Notes: generated by a model not told the origin, from the sequence alone. DNA of 46,548 nucleotides from Clostridia bacterium (GCA_017453285.1 JAFTKL010000027.1:1-46548); one strand, 5' to 3'; shown: positions 1 to 8,383, numbered from the stretch's first letter. Numbers and translations are program-made.

Positions 1-52
1 AGATATTGGTCGGGATAAAGATAATATGGCATAATCAGACGCGCGCCGAACC

Positions 53-260
53 TTTTTTGACGGGGTAGTCAAAAAAAGGCGAGGTAGTGGCTTGACCACG
101 AACCGAGGGATCTACAAAAAGATTATATGTAACCCAACACGACACAATATGTTACTTTTAAGCCAAAAGGACCATATAGATCCACGTAGATCCCGAAAAT
201 TGTCTTGACAATTTTCGCTTTTGGATTTATTCGCTATATTACCGCTCACAAATCCAAAAG
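53..260. repeat. Cluster of short perfect hairpins and inverted repeats in non-coding DNA
   Basis: ttttttgac/gtcaaaaaa (53-76); gggatctac (107-115) vs gtagatccc (186-194); gaaaattgtc/gacaattttc (195-216); cttttggattt/aaatccaaaag (218-260). Confidence 0.6.
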
Positions 261-331
261 TTCGACGCGCAACTTCGTTGCTTGCTCAGGATGACACGCT
301 TAAGGGGCTTTTGCGAGAACCCCGAACAAAC

Positions 332-565
332 GGGCGAACACAGTTCGCCCCTACGGACGAGATAAAGATTTTTTGTTTTATCGCATACGGAAGTTCATTT
401 TTAACCGTTACGACCTTGGACCGCCGGGGACGTCGGTCTCTACAGATTTTTATAGAATTTTTTTGTTTAATCGACAGACCAAACAAAGATATAAATCAAA
501 CAACGGGAGGAGCAAGCCCCTCCCCTACCGTCAGAGATAAGAAACCGAGGTCTTTTCTACAGACC
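332..565 (-). repeat. Array of GTAG-tagged REP-like palindromic units (array A)
   Basis: GC-rich imperfect palindromes are each followed on the + strand by CTAC, which is a GTAG head on the - strand: 332-354, 418-443, 505-528 and 549-565. They share agagataa-type tails. A conserved block acggaagttcatttttaaccg (387-407) recurs at 41678 and 41888. Confidence 0.65.
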
Positions 566-578
566 AAACAGAGATTTT

Positions 579-807
579 TATCTCACTCTTCACAATCAAA
601 AATCAAAGAAACACGCGGTAGCGAGCTGTCCGCGTGTTTCCACTTCGCATTTAAACAGAAGTGCCGTCTGTTATGTTGCTACCCTCACAAACATCCCAAA
701 CTTCGATCGAGGTAGGCATAACGATTACGCACTTACCCTACACCAACACCACAGGAAGTTCTTTTGGTTCTTTTCTTTCAAGAAAAGAACAAGAAACTCG
801 CATCCCC
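579..807 (-). ncRNA. Conserved ~225-nt structured element, copy A (candidate 3'-UTR-derived or independent small RNA, or a miniature mobile element)
   Basis: Begins (ggggatgcg on the - strand) 10 nt after the spoVAE stop codon. It has an internal hairpin at 768-789 and conserved blocks ccaaaagaac and gtttgggat. It ends in a GC-rich hairpin (608-640) followed by a T-tract on the - strand, then the conserved attgtgaagagtga. Homologous copies lie at 42144-42368 and 45825-46047. Confidence 0.45.
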
Positions 808-816
808 GCGTCCCAT

Positions 817-1170
817 CTACTTTCTTCTCCCTTTGAACACGAGAGACGCCAGAAAGCCGAAGCAGAGTGCCGCGGTCGTGCCGATGGCTGCGGCTGAGAG
901 AGGTCCTGCGAGCGCGCCGAGGAGTCCTTTTTCGTCGACCGACTCGCGCACGCCCTTTGATATCAGATACCCAAATCCCGTCAGCGGTGTCAGCGCGCCC
1001 GCACCCGCGATATATACCAACCGTTCGTAGACCCCGATCGCGCCGAGAAATACTCCCACGACCACGTATGCGACGAGTATCCGCGCAGGCGACAGTTTGG
1101 TTTTATCAAGCAATATCTGCGCCACCACGCAGAGCGCGCCTCCGACCACAAACGCCCAGATATAATTCAT
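817..1170 (-). CDS. spoVAE: Stage V sporulation protein AE (SpoVAEB-type, 117 aa membrane protein)
   Basis: ORF translation MNYIWAFVVGGALCVVAQILLD...AGAGALTPLTGFG matches the SpoVAE family pattern. Its start overlaps the spoVAD stop by 4 nt (1167-1170). Confidence 0.85.
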   Translation of the reverse strand: MNYIWAFVVGGALCVVAQILLDKTKLSPARILVAYVVVGVFLGAIGVYERLVYIAGAGALTPLTGFGYLISKGVRESVDEKGLLGALAGPLSAAAIGTTAALCFGFLASLVFKGRRK

Positions 1171-2201
1171 ATGCCGCCCTCCTCTGACGAAAGCGCGATG
1201 AGGTGCGCTATCGCCGGTATCGCCTGCCCCTGCTGAATGCTCGCAGGGCTCATCATCGCGCCCGTGCCGACCACGAGAATATTCCGAAGTTCACCACGTT
1301 CGAGCCTCGGTATAAGATAGGACGCAAGCACCACGGCAGAGCATCCGCAGCCCGAGCCGCCCGCGTGCTTGTCCTGACGCTCAAGATCGTAGATCATAAC
1401 GCCGCAGTCGCGGTGATTTTTTCTTATGTCTATCCCCTCCGAGAGCAAGAGCTCGCAGAGAATATCTCCGCCCTCGCGCCCGAGATCTCCCGTGACTATC
1501 ATATCGAACTCGTCGGGAGAGCGTCGACTCTCAGAAAAATATCTCTTCAGCGTGTCAGCCGCGGCAGGTGCCATAGCCGCGCCCATATTCGACGCGTCGC
1601 TGATGCCCATTTCCACCACGATGCCAACGAGTGCCTCACGTACCCTCACGCGCCCCTCGGGACAGATCATAAACGCGCCTGCACCCGTGACCGTCCACTG
1701 AGCTGTGGGTGAACGCTGAGCACCGTATTCTATCGGAGTGCGGTACTGCCGCTCTGCCGCACAGTAGTGCGACGACGTTACCGCCGCCGCAGTGCCGAAA
1801 TATCCCGCGTTCACCATCGCCGAGGCGAGCGCGATGCCCTCGACTGCGGTCGAACAAGCACCGTAGAGCCCGAAATACGGAATGTCAAAGTTGAGAAGTC
1901 CGTAGGCAGAGCTCACGCATTGGTTGAGTAGATCCCCCGCAAAAAGCGCGTCCACGTCGCGCTCGTCGCGCGCGAGCTTCGCGAGAGATGTGTTGAACGC
2001 AAGCCGCTGCATCTCGCTCTCGGCAAGCTCCCAGGTGTTCATTCCGAACTTATCTGTCGGGTCAGAGAGGTCAAAGTACTCTCCGAGAGGTCCGTCGTGT
2101 TCGTCCTTTCCGACTACCGATGCCGAGGCGACGATCGCGGCATTGTCGAATTTTAGGATCATTTTTTGCATTTTTATTACCGTCCTTGATCTTTCTGTCA
2201 T
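1167..2201 (-). CDS. spoVAD: Stage V sporulation protein AD (thiolase-fold)
   Basis: The 344-aa ORF has a SpoVAD-like N-terminus (VGKDEHDGPLGEYFD) and thiolase-like Gly/Cys-rich segments. The true start may be the ATG at 2171, which has an aaggacgg RBS 8 nt upstream. Confidence 0.85.
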   Translation of the reverse strand: MTERSRTVIKMQKMILKFDNAAIVASASVVGKDEHDGPLGEYFDLSDPTDKFGMNTWELAESEMQRLAFNTSLAKLARDERDVDALFAGDLLNQCVSSAYGLLNFDIPYFGLYGACSTAVEGIALASAMVNAGYFGTAAAVTSSHYCAAERQYRTPIEYGAQRSPTAQWTVTGAGAFMICPEGRVRVREALVGIVVEMGISDASNMGAAMAPAAADTLKRYFSESRRSPDEFDMIVTGDLGREGGDILCELLLSEGIDIRKNHRDCGVMIYDLERQDKHAGGSGCGCSAVVLASYLIPRLERGELRNILVVGTGAMMSPASIQQGQAIPAIAHLIALSSEEGGI

Positions 2202-2288
2202 TATTGTTTGACAAAAACTTAGGTTTATACTTGACTTTTTCGTTATATGTTGTTAAAATAATAATAGATCCATACAGGAGGTACAATT

Positions 2289-3065
2289 ATGCTTAAGACT
2301 GATGAAAAGCAATATCATATAGGTGTGTCGCGCGGTGAGATAGGCAAGTACTGCATTCTCCCCGGTGACCCCGGCAGATGCGAGCAGATCGCATCCTATC
2401 TCGATAACCCCGTGCACGTGGGAATGAACAGAGAATACAACATCTGGAACGGATATATCGACGGCGAGCTCGTCAGCGTTTGCTCGACGGGTATCGGGGG
2501 ACCTTCGACCGCAATCGCGGCTGAGGAGCTTTGCGCCTGCGGAGCTACCACGCTGATCAGAATAGGCACCTGCGGCGGCATCAGCACCAAGGTATGCCCG
2601 GGAGACGTAGTCATCGCGAGCGGCGCGGTCAGACAGGACGGTACCTCGCACGAGTACGCGCCCCCCGCGTTCCCCGCAGTGCCTGATTCCGAGACTCTCT
2701 TCGCGCTCGCAAGAGCGGCAAAGAAGCTCGGATATTCAAATCACGTCGGAGTAGTGCAGAGCAAGGACTCCTTCTACGGTCAGCACTCGCCCGCAAGAAT
2801 GCCCGTAGCAAGCGACCTGCAGGAGAAATGGGAGGCTTGGAAGAGACTCGGCGTGCTTGCAAGCGAGATGGAAGCATCCACGCTCTTCACGGTCGGCGCG
2901 GCACTTGGTATAGCGACGGGAGCGGCTTTCTGCGTGGTCTGGAATCAGGAGAGATTTCTCTTGGGACTTGACAAGCAGGAGGACGAGGTACACGACACGG
3001 CACGCGCGATAGAGACGGTCGTCGAGGCGATCAGAATACTCATTGAAGAGTCGAAGCAGGGTTGA
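2289..3065 (+). CDS. udp: Uridine phosphorylase (PNP/UDP-1 family nucleoside phosphorylase)
   Basis: LPGDPGR, VCSTGIGGPSTAIAAEEL and RIGTCGG motifs are colinear with Udp. RBS aggagg lies 7 nt upstream. Confidence 0.85.
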   Translation: MLKTDEKQYHIGVSRGEIGKYCILPGDPGRCEQIASYLDNPVHVGMNREYNIWNGYIDGELVSVCSTGIGGPSTAIAAEELCACGATTLIRIGTCGGISTKVCPGDVVIASGAVRQDGTSHEYAPPAFPAVPDSETLFALARAAKKLGYSNHVGVVQSKDSFYGQHSPARMPVASDLQEKWEAWKRLGVLASEMEASTLFTVGAALGIATGAAFCVVWNQERFLLGLDKQEDEVHDTARAIETVVEAIRILIEESKQG

Positions 3066-3119
3066 GTTCTTATTATAATATATATTTATAAAATATTATA
3101 AAAAAATAGAAATTTACCC

Positions 3120-3149
3120 TTGACACAGCTATGTGTAGTATGGTATAAT
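3120..3149 (+). promoter_or_regulatory. sigA-type promoter for the SH3 lipoprotein gene
   Basis: TTGACA (3120-3125), 18-nt spacer, TATAAT (3144-3149). Confidence 0.6.
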
Positions 3150-3240
3150 AAAATGTGTATACGAACGGAGCCGATGCCGTTCTGCTGAACAGTAAAAAAT
3201 TTCAAAAATATAGATTTTAAAAACTTAAGGAGAATGAAAA

Positions 3241-4038
3241 ATGAAAAAGACACTTGCCCTTTTGCTCGCACTTATTATGATGCTCTCGATGACTATGGTT
3301 TCCTGTAATAAGGAAGAACCCGACGAGACCGACGATGACGATTTTGGCTTCAACTTTGAAGATCCTACCGGGGACGCTACCGGCGACTCCACAGGCGACT
3401 CCACCGACGAGAACGGTGAAAACAATAATAACGGCGATTTTGTAGCGGCAAGCGGAACTTCTTACATTCTCCATCCCGTAAAGGTTCGCAAGGAAGCTAA
3501 GAAGTCCTCCTCCACCATTGGCGTTGCAGCTTGGGGCTCTGCAGTTGAGCTCGTAGAGAGAAGCACCCTCTGGACCAAGGTAAAGTTCACCGACGCTGAC
3601 AGCGGAGCTAAGCTTGAAGGTTACATCCGTAACGAGCTTCTCACCGCAGATAAGAAGCAGGTAACTCTCGTTGAGCTTGAGGCTCCCGTAGCGGCTAAGA
3701 TCAACGGACTCGGAACCAAGGAAGACGGAAGCGCATACACCCTCAACGTACGTACAACCCCCTGGAACTGCTCTCAGAGCGAGGAATATCCCAACGTAAA
3801 CGTTCTCGCTAACATCGGCAACGAGAAGTATCAGGTCAAGGACGGTGACGAGGTTGAAAAGCTCGGAGCGACCGAGGACGGTAAGTGGGTATACATCAGA
3901 TTTGTAAAGACTGTTGACGACGCAGAGAAGGTTGAGTACGGTTGGTGCTCGGCAGAGTTTGTAAAGGTTGAAGGCGAAGAGACTCCCGATAATCCCGTAG
4001 ATACTCCCGATGCTCCTCCCGCAATCGATCCCGTATAA
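3241..4038 (+). CDS. Lipoprotein with bacterial SH3-like repeats
   Basis: Lipobox signal peptide (LSMTMVSC) and an acidic low-complexity linker. Two SH3b-like segments follow (VKVRKEAKKSS..GYIRNELL and LNVRTTP..GWCSAEFV). Confidence 0.7.
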   Translation: MKKTLALLLALIMMLSMTMVSCNKEEPDETDDDDFGFNFEDPTGDATGDSTGDSTDENGENNNNGDFVAASGTSYILHPVKVRKEAKKSSSTIGVAAWGSAVELVERSTLWTKVKFTDADSGAKLEGYIRNELLTADKKQVTLVELEAPVAAKINGLGTKEDGSAYTLNVRTTPWNCSQSEEYPNVNVLANIGNEKYQVKDGDEVEKLGATEDGKWVYIRFVKTVDDAEKVEYGWCSAEFVKVEGEETPDNPVDTPDAPPAIDPV

Positions 4039-4061
4039 TTGAGAGATCAAATTTAAGATAT

Positions 4062-4097
4062 AAAAATAACACCGCACGAACGTGCGGTGTTATTTTT
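4062..4097. terminator. Bidirectional intrinsic terminator between convergent genes
   Basis: aaaaataacaccgcac-gaa-cgtgcggtgttattttt: a perfect stem flanked by A- and T-tracts. Confidence 0.8.
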
Positions 4098-4100
4098 GTC

Positions 4101-5705
4101 TTACTTATTTATCTTCTTAAGCAGATCTCTAAACTCGGTTTTTTCCTTGTCAAGCTCGAGGTCGTGGATCGTATCTATCAGTTCGCGGAGCGATCTGTTT
4201 GCTTTGTTGTACGCGCTGTCGCGGATGAGCATCGAGAACTCGATCACCGTGCTTGCAAATACGAAATCCTCGTCGGGATCACTCGTGAGCTGAGCCTCTC
4301 CGAGATCTATCTCGCGAAGCTCGCTAACCTCTGAGTCGATCTCTTTGTAGCGGATAGAGAGCTTGATCCAATTGGTCTGCTCGTCGTTTTCCGTGCCGCT
4401 TTCTTCATCTGTCGTGTCGAGAGCCGCATCGGTGAGCTTGAGCTCGTAGCAGACAGTCAGCGTGTGTCCCGCGCCGACCTCGCCTGCGTCCTTGGTGTCG
4501 TCGTCAAAATCTTCGTTGTCGAGGAGTCTGTTTTCGTAGCCGATCAGTCTGTACTCGGATACGTAATCCTTGTCGAACTTGAGCTGGAACTTTACGTCCT
4601 TGGCTACCGTGTAGATGGTGGAGAGCAGCGATGTCGCGAATATGCGTTCAGCCTCAGCCGCAGAGTCGATATAGTGGTAAACGCCGTTGCCGGTCTGCGC
4701 GATCGCGCTCATATTGTCGTCGCGGAAGTTGCCGCTTCCAAATCCGAGCACCGAGAGGAATACGCCGCTCTTGCGCTTGTTTTCAACAAGCTTTTCGAGC
4801 TGTTCGGGATCGCGGATGCCTACGTTAAGATCGCCGTCGGATGCGATGATGATACGGTTGTTGCCGTCGTGCTTGAAGTTCGCCTCTGCGATCTCGTAAG
4901 CCTTGACGATGCCTGCCTCGCCGTTGGTCGAGCCACCCGAGGAAAGATCGTTGATCGCGGCAAGGATGATCTCCTTCTTGTTGCCGGGCGTTCCCTCGAG
5001 CACTACGCGCTCGTTGCCTGCGTAGGTGACGATAGATACCGTGTCGTTCTCGTCAAGCTGATCGACGAGATAGGAGAAAGCCTGCTTGAGAAGCGGGAGC
5101 TTGTCGTCCGCGTTCATCGAGCCCGAAACGTCGATGAGGAATACGAGGTTGTTTGCCGTTCTGGTCTCAAGCTCCTTTGCCTTGAGTCCGAGCATCAGAA
5201 GGTAGGTGTCCTCGTTCCAGGGCGAGCGCGCGATCGTCGCCTTGGTGCCGAACATCTCGCCCTCGGGCGCGCTTGCGTAGGAATAGTTGAAGTAGTTGAC
5301 CATCTCTTCGGTGCGTATCACGTTTGCGCGTGCGATGTCCTTGAGCTCCTCAAAGGAGTAGCCCGAGTTTATCATCTTGCGCAGGAAAGTGTAGGATGCC
5401 GTGTCAACGTCGGCTGAGAAGGTCGAGGTGTCCATTGTCTCTACCTTTACAAAGGGATTTTCGAATATCTTGTTTACGTTCTCGCTCGGCTTATCCTCTA
5501 TCGGCGCGTCGGGAACGGCGCCTTCCTCGACGGGCGGTTCACCGTAGATATCTCCGGGAGCGTTCGGAGCATTACCTGCCGCACCGTTCATTCCGTCCAT
5601 TCCGTCGGCGTTGCCCATCGCTTCGTCCATCTTGCTGCAGGACGCGAAGCAGAGAAGTGAAAGTATTGCTATCAGGGTTATCAGAATAAGTTGCGCTTTT
5701 TTCAT
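4101..5705 (-). CDS. von Willebrand factor type A domain lipoprotein (YfbK-like)
   Basis: Lipobox (LLCFASC) and MIDAS motif DVSGSM in NLVFLIDVSGSMNADDKLPLLK. It has the N-terminal vWA-associated region (FSADVDTASY) and a C-terminal extension. It is the third gene of the sigma operon. Confidence 0.85.
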   Translation of the reverse strand: MKKAQLILITLIAILSLLCFASCSKMDEAMGNADGMDGMNGAAGNAPNAPGDIYGEPPVEEGAVPDAPIEDKPSENVNKIFENPFVKVETMDTSTFSADVDTASYTFLRKMINSGYSFEELKDIARANVIRTEEMVNYFNYSYASAPEGEMFGTKATIARSPWNEDTYLLMLGLKAKELETRTANNLVFLIDVSGSMNADDKLPLLKQAFSYLVDQLDENDTVSIVTYAGNERVVLEGTPGNKKEIILAAINDLSSGGSTNGEAGIVKAYEIAEANFKHDGNNRIIIASDGDLNVGIRDPEQLEKLVENKRKSGVFLSVLGFGSGNFRDDNMSAIAQTGNGVYHYIDSAAEAERIFATSLLSTIYTVAKDVKFQLKFDKDYVSEYRLIGYENRLLDNEDFDDDTKDAGEVGAGHTLTVCYELKLTDAALDTTDEESGTENDEQTNWIKLSIRYKEIDSEVSELREIDLGEAQLTSDPDEDFVFASTVIEFSMLIRDSAYNKANRSLRELIDTIHDLELDKEKTEFRDLLKKINK

Positions 5706-5733
5706 AACAGTTCTCCTTTTTTAATAAAAGATT

Positions 5734-6387
5734 TCAGTTTGCGTTCTCGATTGCGTTTGTGATAAGCTCGATGAAGTACTGCGACGGCTCAAGCTCGGGG
5801 TCGTAGTCGAAGAGCTGACCGTAGCCGATATTTCCGTTCGAGTTCTCAAGATAAGGTGTGTAGACCAGACCGTCGCCAAAGCAGATCCAGAAGCCCTCAA
5901 GCTCGCCAAGATCATACTCGGCATCCGTGCGGACAAATCCGTTTTTCTCTGCAAGCGCGGTCTTTATCCTTCTTGCATCGCGGTCGGACAGCGTGCAGAT
6001 ACGGTAGTCCTCCTCGTCCTCGTACTGCCAGATGAGCAGCGTCTCGCCCTCAAAGAGCATCTCACGCTCAAGCGGTGAGGCAAAGCTCTGCGTCTCTGTC
6101 TTCATCCCGATAAGCGTGTCGGCAAAATGGCTGTCGGTGACGGGCGGCTCCGTGTTTCCTACGTGGTCCTCTTGCCCGGGAGCTTCGCTGTTCTTTTGCG
6201 AGAACAGTCCGACAAGCAGCGAGAGTGTGAGCGACATCACGAGCACCGTGCAGGCGCAAAGCGCGAGCACGCGGCGCAGGGGAGCGTATCTTTTCTTTGG
6301 CAGAGCGACCTGCGCTTCAAAGATAAATCTGTCGTCGATCGAGCCGATGGCATCCATCAGAAGCTCGCCGCGTTTGTTTTCTCTCAT
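5734..6387 (-). CDS. Single-pass membrane protein, putative anti-sigma partner (module 1)
   Basis: ATGA start/stop overlap with the upstream sigma gene. The N-terminal motif LLMDAIGSIDDRFIFEA is shared with the ORFs at 40136 and 44477. A basic stretch and one TM helix (VLALCACTVLVMSLTLSLLVGLF) follow. Confidence 0.7.
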   Translation of the reverse strand: MRENKRGELLMDAIGSIDDRFIFEAQVALPKKRYAPLRRVLALCACTVLVMSLTLSLLVGLFSQKNSEAPGQEDHVGNTEPPVTDSHFADTLIGMKTETQSFASPLEREMLFEGETLLIWQYEDEEDYRICTLSDRDARRIKTALAEKNGFVRTDAEYDLGELEGFWICFGDGLVYTPYLENSNGNIGYGQLFDYDPELEPSQYFIELITNAIENAN

Positions 6388-6938
6388 AGCGTCACGTCCT
6401 CCTCTCCAAGCACTCTCCGCAGCTCCTCACGGGTGCGGTGAAGGGATGTCTTGACCTTGGAGACGCTGATGCCGAGCCTCTTCGCTATAACGTCGACGGG
6501 GTCGGAGAAGAAATATCTGCGCACGAATATCACGCGTTTTTCTTCCTCGAGCTCGCCAAGAAAGCGATTTATGATCTCTGTCAGCCGTCCGCTCTGGTAT
6601 TGTTCCTCGATACTGCAGCTATCGGGGATACATTCGTCAAGCTCGGAGCATAGATTTTCAAATCCTCCTCGCTTTTGACGGTGCTGTGAGCGAAATCTGC
6701 TGATCGACAGCGCGCGGATGATCTTCGAGAGATATGCACCCAGATAAATCGGGCGGTCGGTGGGCATCTGATTCCAAGCTCTGAGATAGGTGTCGTTGAC
6801 ACACTCATCGGCATCCTCTTGCGAGTTGAGTAAGGAATATGAAATACCCGACAGCATTCTCTCGTATTTGTGGCGCGTTTCGACTATCGCGTCCTCCGAG
6901 CGCTCCCAATACAGATCTACGATCTTGTAGTCCTCCAT
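6384..6938 (-). CDS. RNA polymerase sigma factor, sigma-70 family (ECF-like), paralog 1
   Basis: 184 aa. Region 2 (DECVNDTYLRAW) and a region 4 HTH (VIAKRLGISVSKVKTSLHRTREEL) are present. It is paralogous to 39586..40143 and 43926..44480. Confidence 0.85.
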   Translation of the reverse strand: MEDYKIVDLYWERSEDAIVETRHKYERMLSGISYSLLNSQEDADECVNDTYLRAWNQMPTDRPIYLGAYLSKIIRALSISRFRSQHRQKRGGFENLCSELDECIPDSCSIEEQYQSGRLTEIINRFLGELEEEKRVIFVRRYFFSDPVDVIAKRLGISVSKVKTSLHRTREELRRVLGEEDVTL

Positions 6939-6962
6939 GGTCTGCCTTCCTTTCTTTTTTGT

Positions 6963-7004
6963 GCCTTCACCCTATATGTCGCCAAACGTAGCGGTTTGGT
7001 TACA
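6963..7004 (-). promoter_or_regulatory. Conserved upstream motif of the sigma paralogs (candidate autoregulated promoter), copy 1
   Basis: The - strand reads tgtaac-N20-catata-gggtgaaggc, ending 24 nt before the start codon. The same architecture occurs at 39519-39561 and 43834-43877. Confidence 0.4.
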
Positions 7005-7256
7005 ACATTTTTGAAAAAATTTTAAAAAAAGCGCAAAATTTTAAAAAATTTCAAAAAACGAGTGAATTTCTATATAAATTATAGTGTTATTTCTGCCGTT
7101 TGTCAATAAAAATATAGTATTTTAGCGATCTTTGAGAAAAAAAGCAAAAATATTTAAAAATCCTCTTGATTTTTCTTCTCGTTTATGATACAATGTTAAG
7201 GCTAACGACTATTTTGGCTCATTTTGAGCGTTTAAACAGTTTTTTGGAGGTTTAGT

Positions 7257-7499
7257 ATGGAATACGTACTTGGTATTTTGTTGGTAGTTCTCGCAGCAGC
7301 TTTGATTGCTTGCGTACTTATGCAGTCGGGTAAGGGCAAGAAGCTTTCGAGCACCATCACCGGCTCGTCTGACACCTTCTTCTCTAAGGGCAAGGCTAAG
7401 ACCAACGAAAAGAAGCTCAGCATGATAACTACTATCCTTGCGGTAGCTTTCGTTATTCTTACTCTCGTTGCAGTTATCGTTATTACGGTTATTATCTAA
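7257..7499 (+). CDS. secG: Preprotein translocase subunit SecG
   Basis: 80 aa with two TM helices around the typical LMQSGKG..L loop. RBS ggagg is upstream. Confidence 0.85.
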   Translation: MEYVLGILLVVLAAALIACVLMQSGKGKKLSSTITGSSDTFFSKGKAKTNEKKLSMITTILAVAFVILTLVAVIVITVII

Positions 7500-7594
7500 G
7501 ACAACAGAGAGAAATAAGAGTGCGCCTATGCGCGACGGACAGAGGTGGGTAACTCCACCTCTTTTCCTTTTGTATTTGTTTTGGAGGTATCTAT

Positions 7595-8383
7595 ATGAAT
7601 GAAAAAGAGCTTTCGGTTTTAAATTCTATCAAGGAGCAGATGTCAGCGATAGAGGGACATCTCGGACTTTACTATAAAAATCTTATCACGGGAGAAGAAT
7701 TCTCGGTCGGTGCGGACGAGACCTATTTTGCCGCAAGCGTTATAAAGTTTCCTCTTTTTCTGCACGTTCTGCGCGAGTGCGAGGCTGGCAGGATCTCGCT
7801 TGACGACAGACTCGTTACAGAGGATAGCGACAAGGTGCCGAGCTGTGGCGCGCTGAATATGTTCACGGGAAGCGTGGAATGCGACGTGCGCACGCTTTGC
7901 AGACTTATGATATGTATCAGCGACAACACCGCCACAAATCGCATCATCCGTCGCTTTGGAATGGACGACATCGAGCGTGGCTTTGGTGAGATGGGAATGG
8001 AGATCACGCGAATTCGCCGCCTGCTCTTTGACCGCGAGGCATCAAAGAGGGGAATACAGAACACCATCTGCCCGCGTGAGATAGGCAGACTGCTCGAGTT
8101 GCTCTGGAGAGGTGAGTTCATCAGCCGCGAGGTCAGCGACTACGCGATAAGCGTTCTGCTTGAACAGCAGATCGGACACAAGCTCGACGGAAAGCTTTGC
8201 GAGGAGATACCGATCGCGCATAAGACGGGCGAAGACTCGGGACTTAGCAACGACGTCGGCATTGTCTACGCAAAAGAACCCTTTGTTATCTGCTTTGCAG
8301 GTCACGACACCGACGTTTATCGCTGGGAGGATCTCATACGCCGCTCGACCTACGACCTCGTAAGAGCGATCGAGAGCAAATAA
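7595..8383 (+). CDS. Class A beta-lactamase-fold serine hydrolase, no signal peptide
   Basis: The SxxK (SVIK), SDN (ISDNTATN) and KTG (HKTGED) motifs occur in the correct order. The N-terminus is hydrophilic. Confidence 0.75.
   Translation: MNEKELSVLNSIKEQMSAIEGHLGLYYKNLITGEEFSVGADETYFAASVIKFPLFLHVLRECEAGRISLDDRLVTEDSDKVPSCGALNMFTGSVECDVRTLCRLMICISDNTATNRIIRRFGMDDIERGFGEMGMEITRIRRLLFDREASKRGIQNTICPREIGRLLELLWRGEFISREVSDYAISVLLEQQIGHKLDGKLCEEIPIAHKTGEDSGLSNDVGIVYAKEPFVICFAGHDTDVYRWEDLIRRSTYDLVRAIESK

Noticed and set aside
221-1030. ORF-track ORFs 221..715, 661..897 and 764..1030 on the + strand.
   Set aside because: They traverse the REP array and the structured element, or lie antisense to spoVAE. 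The peptides (..GRRSLQIF.., ..PSPTVRDKK..) are translations of palindromic repeats, and they have no RBS.
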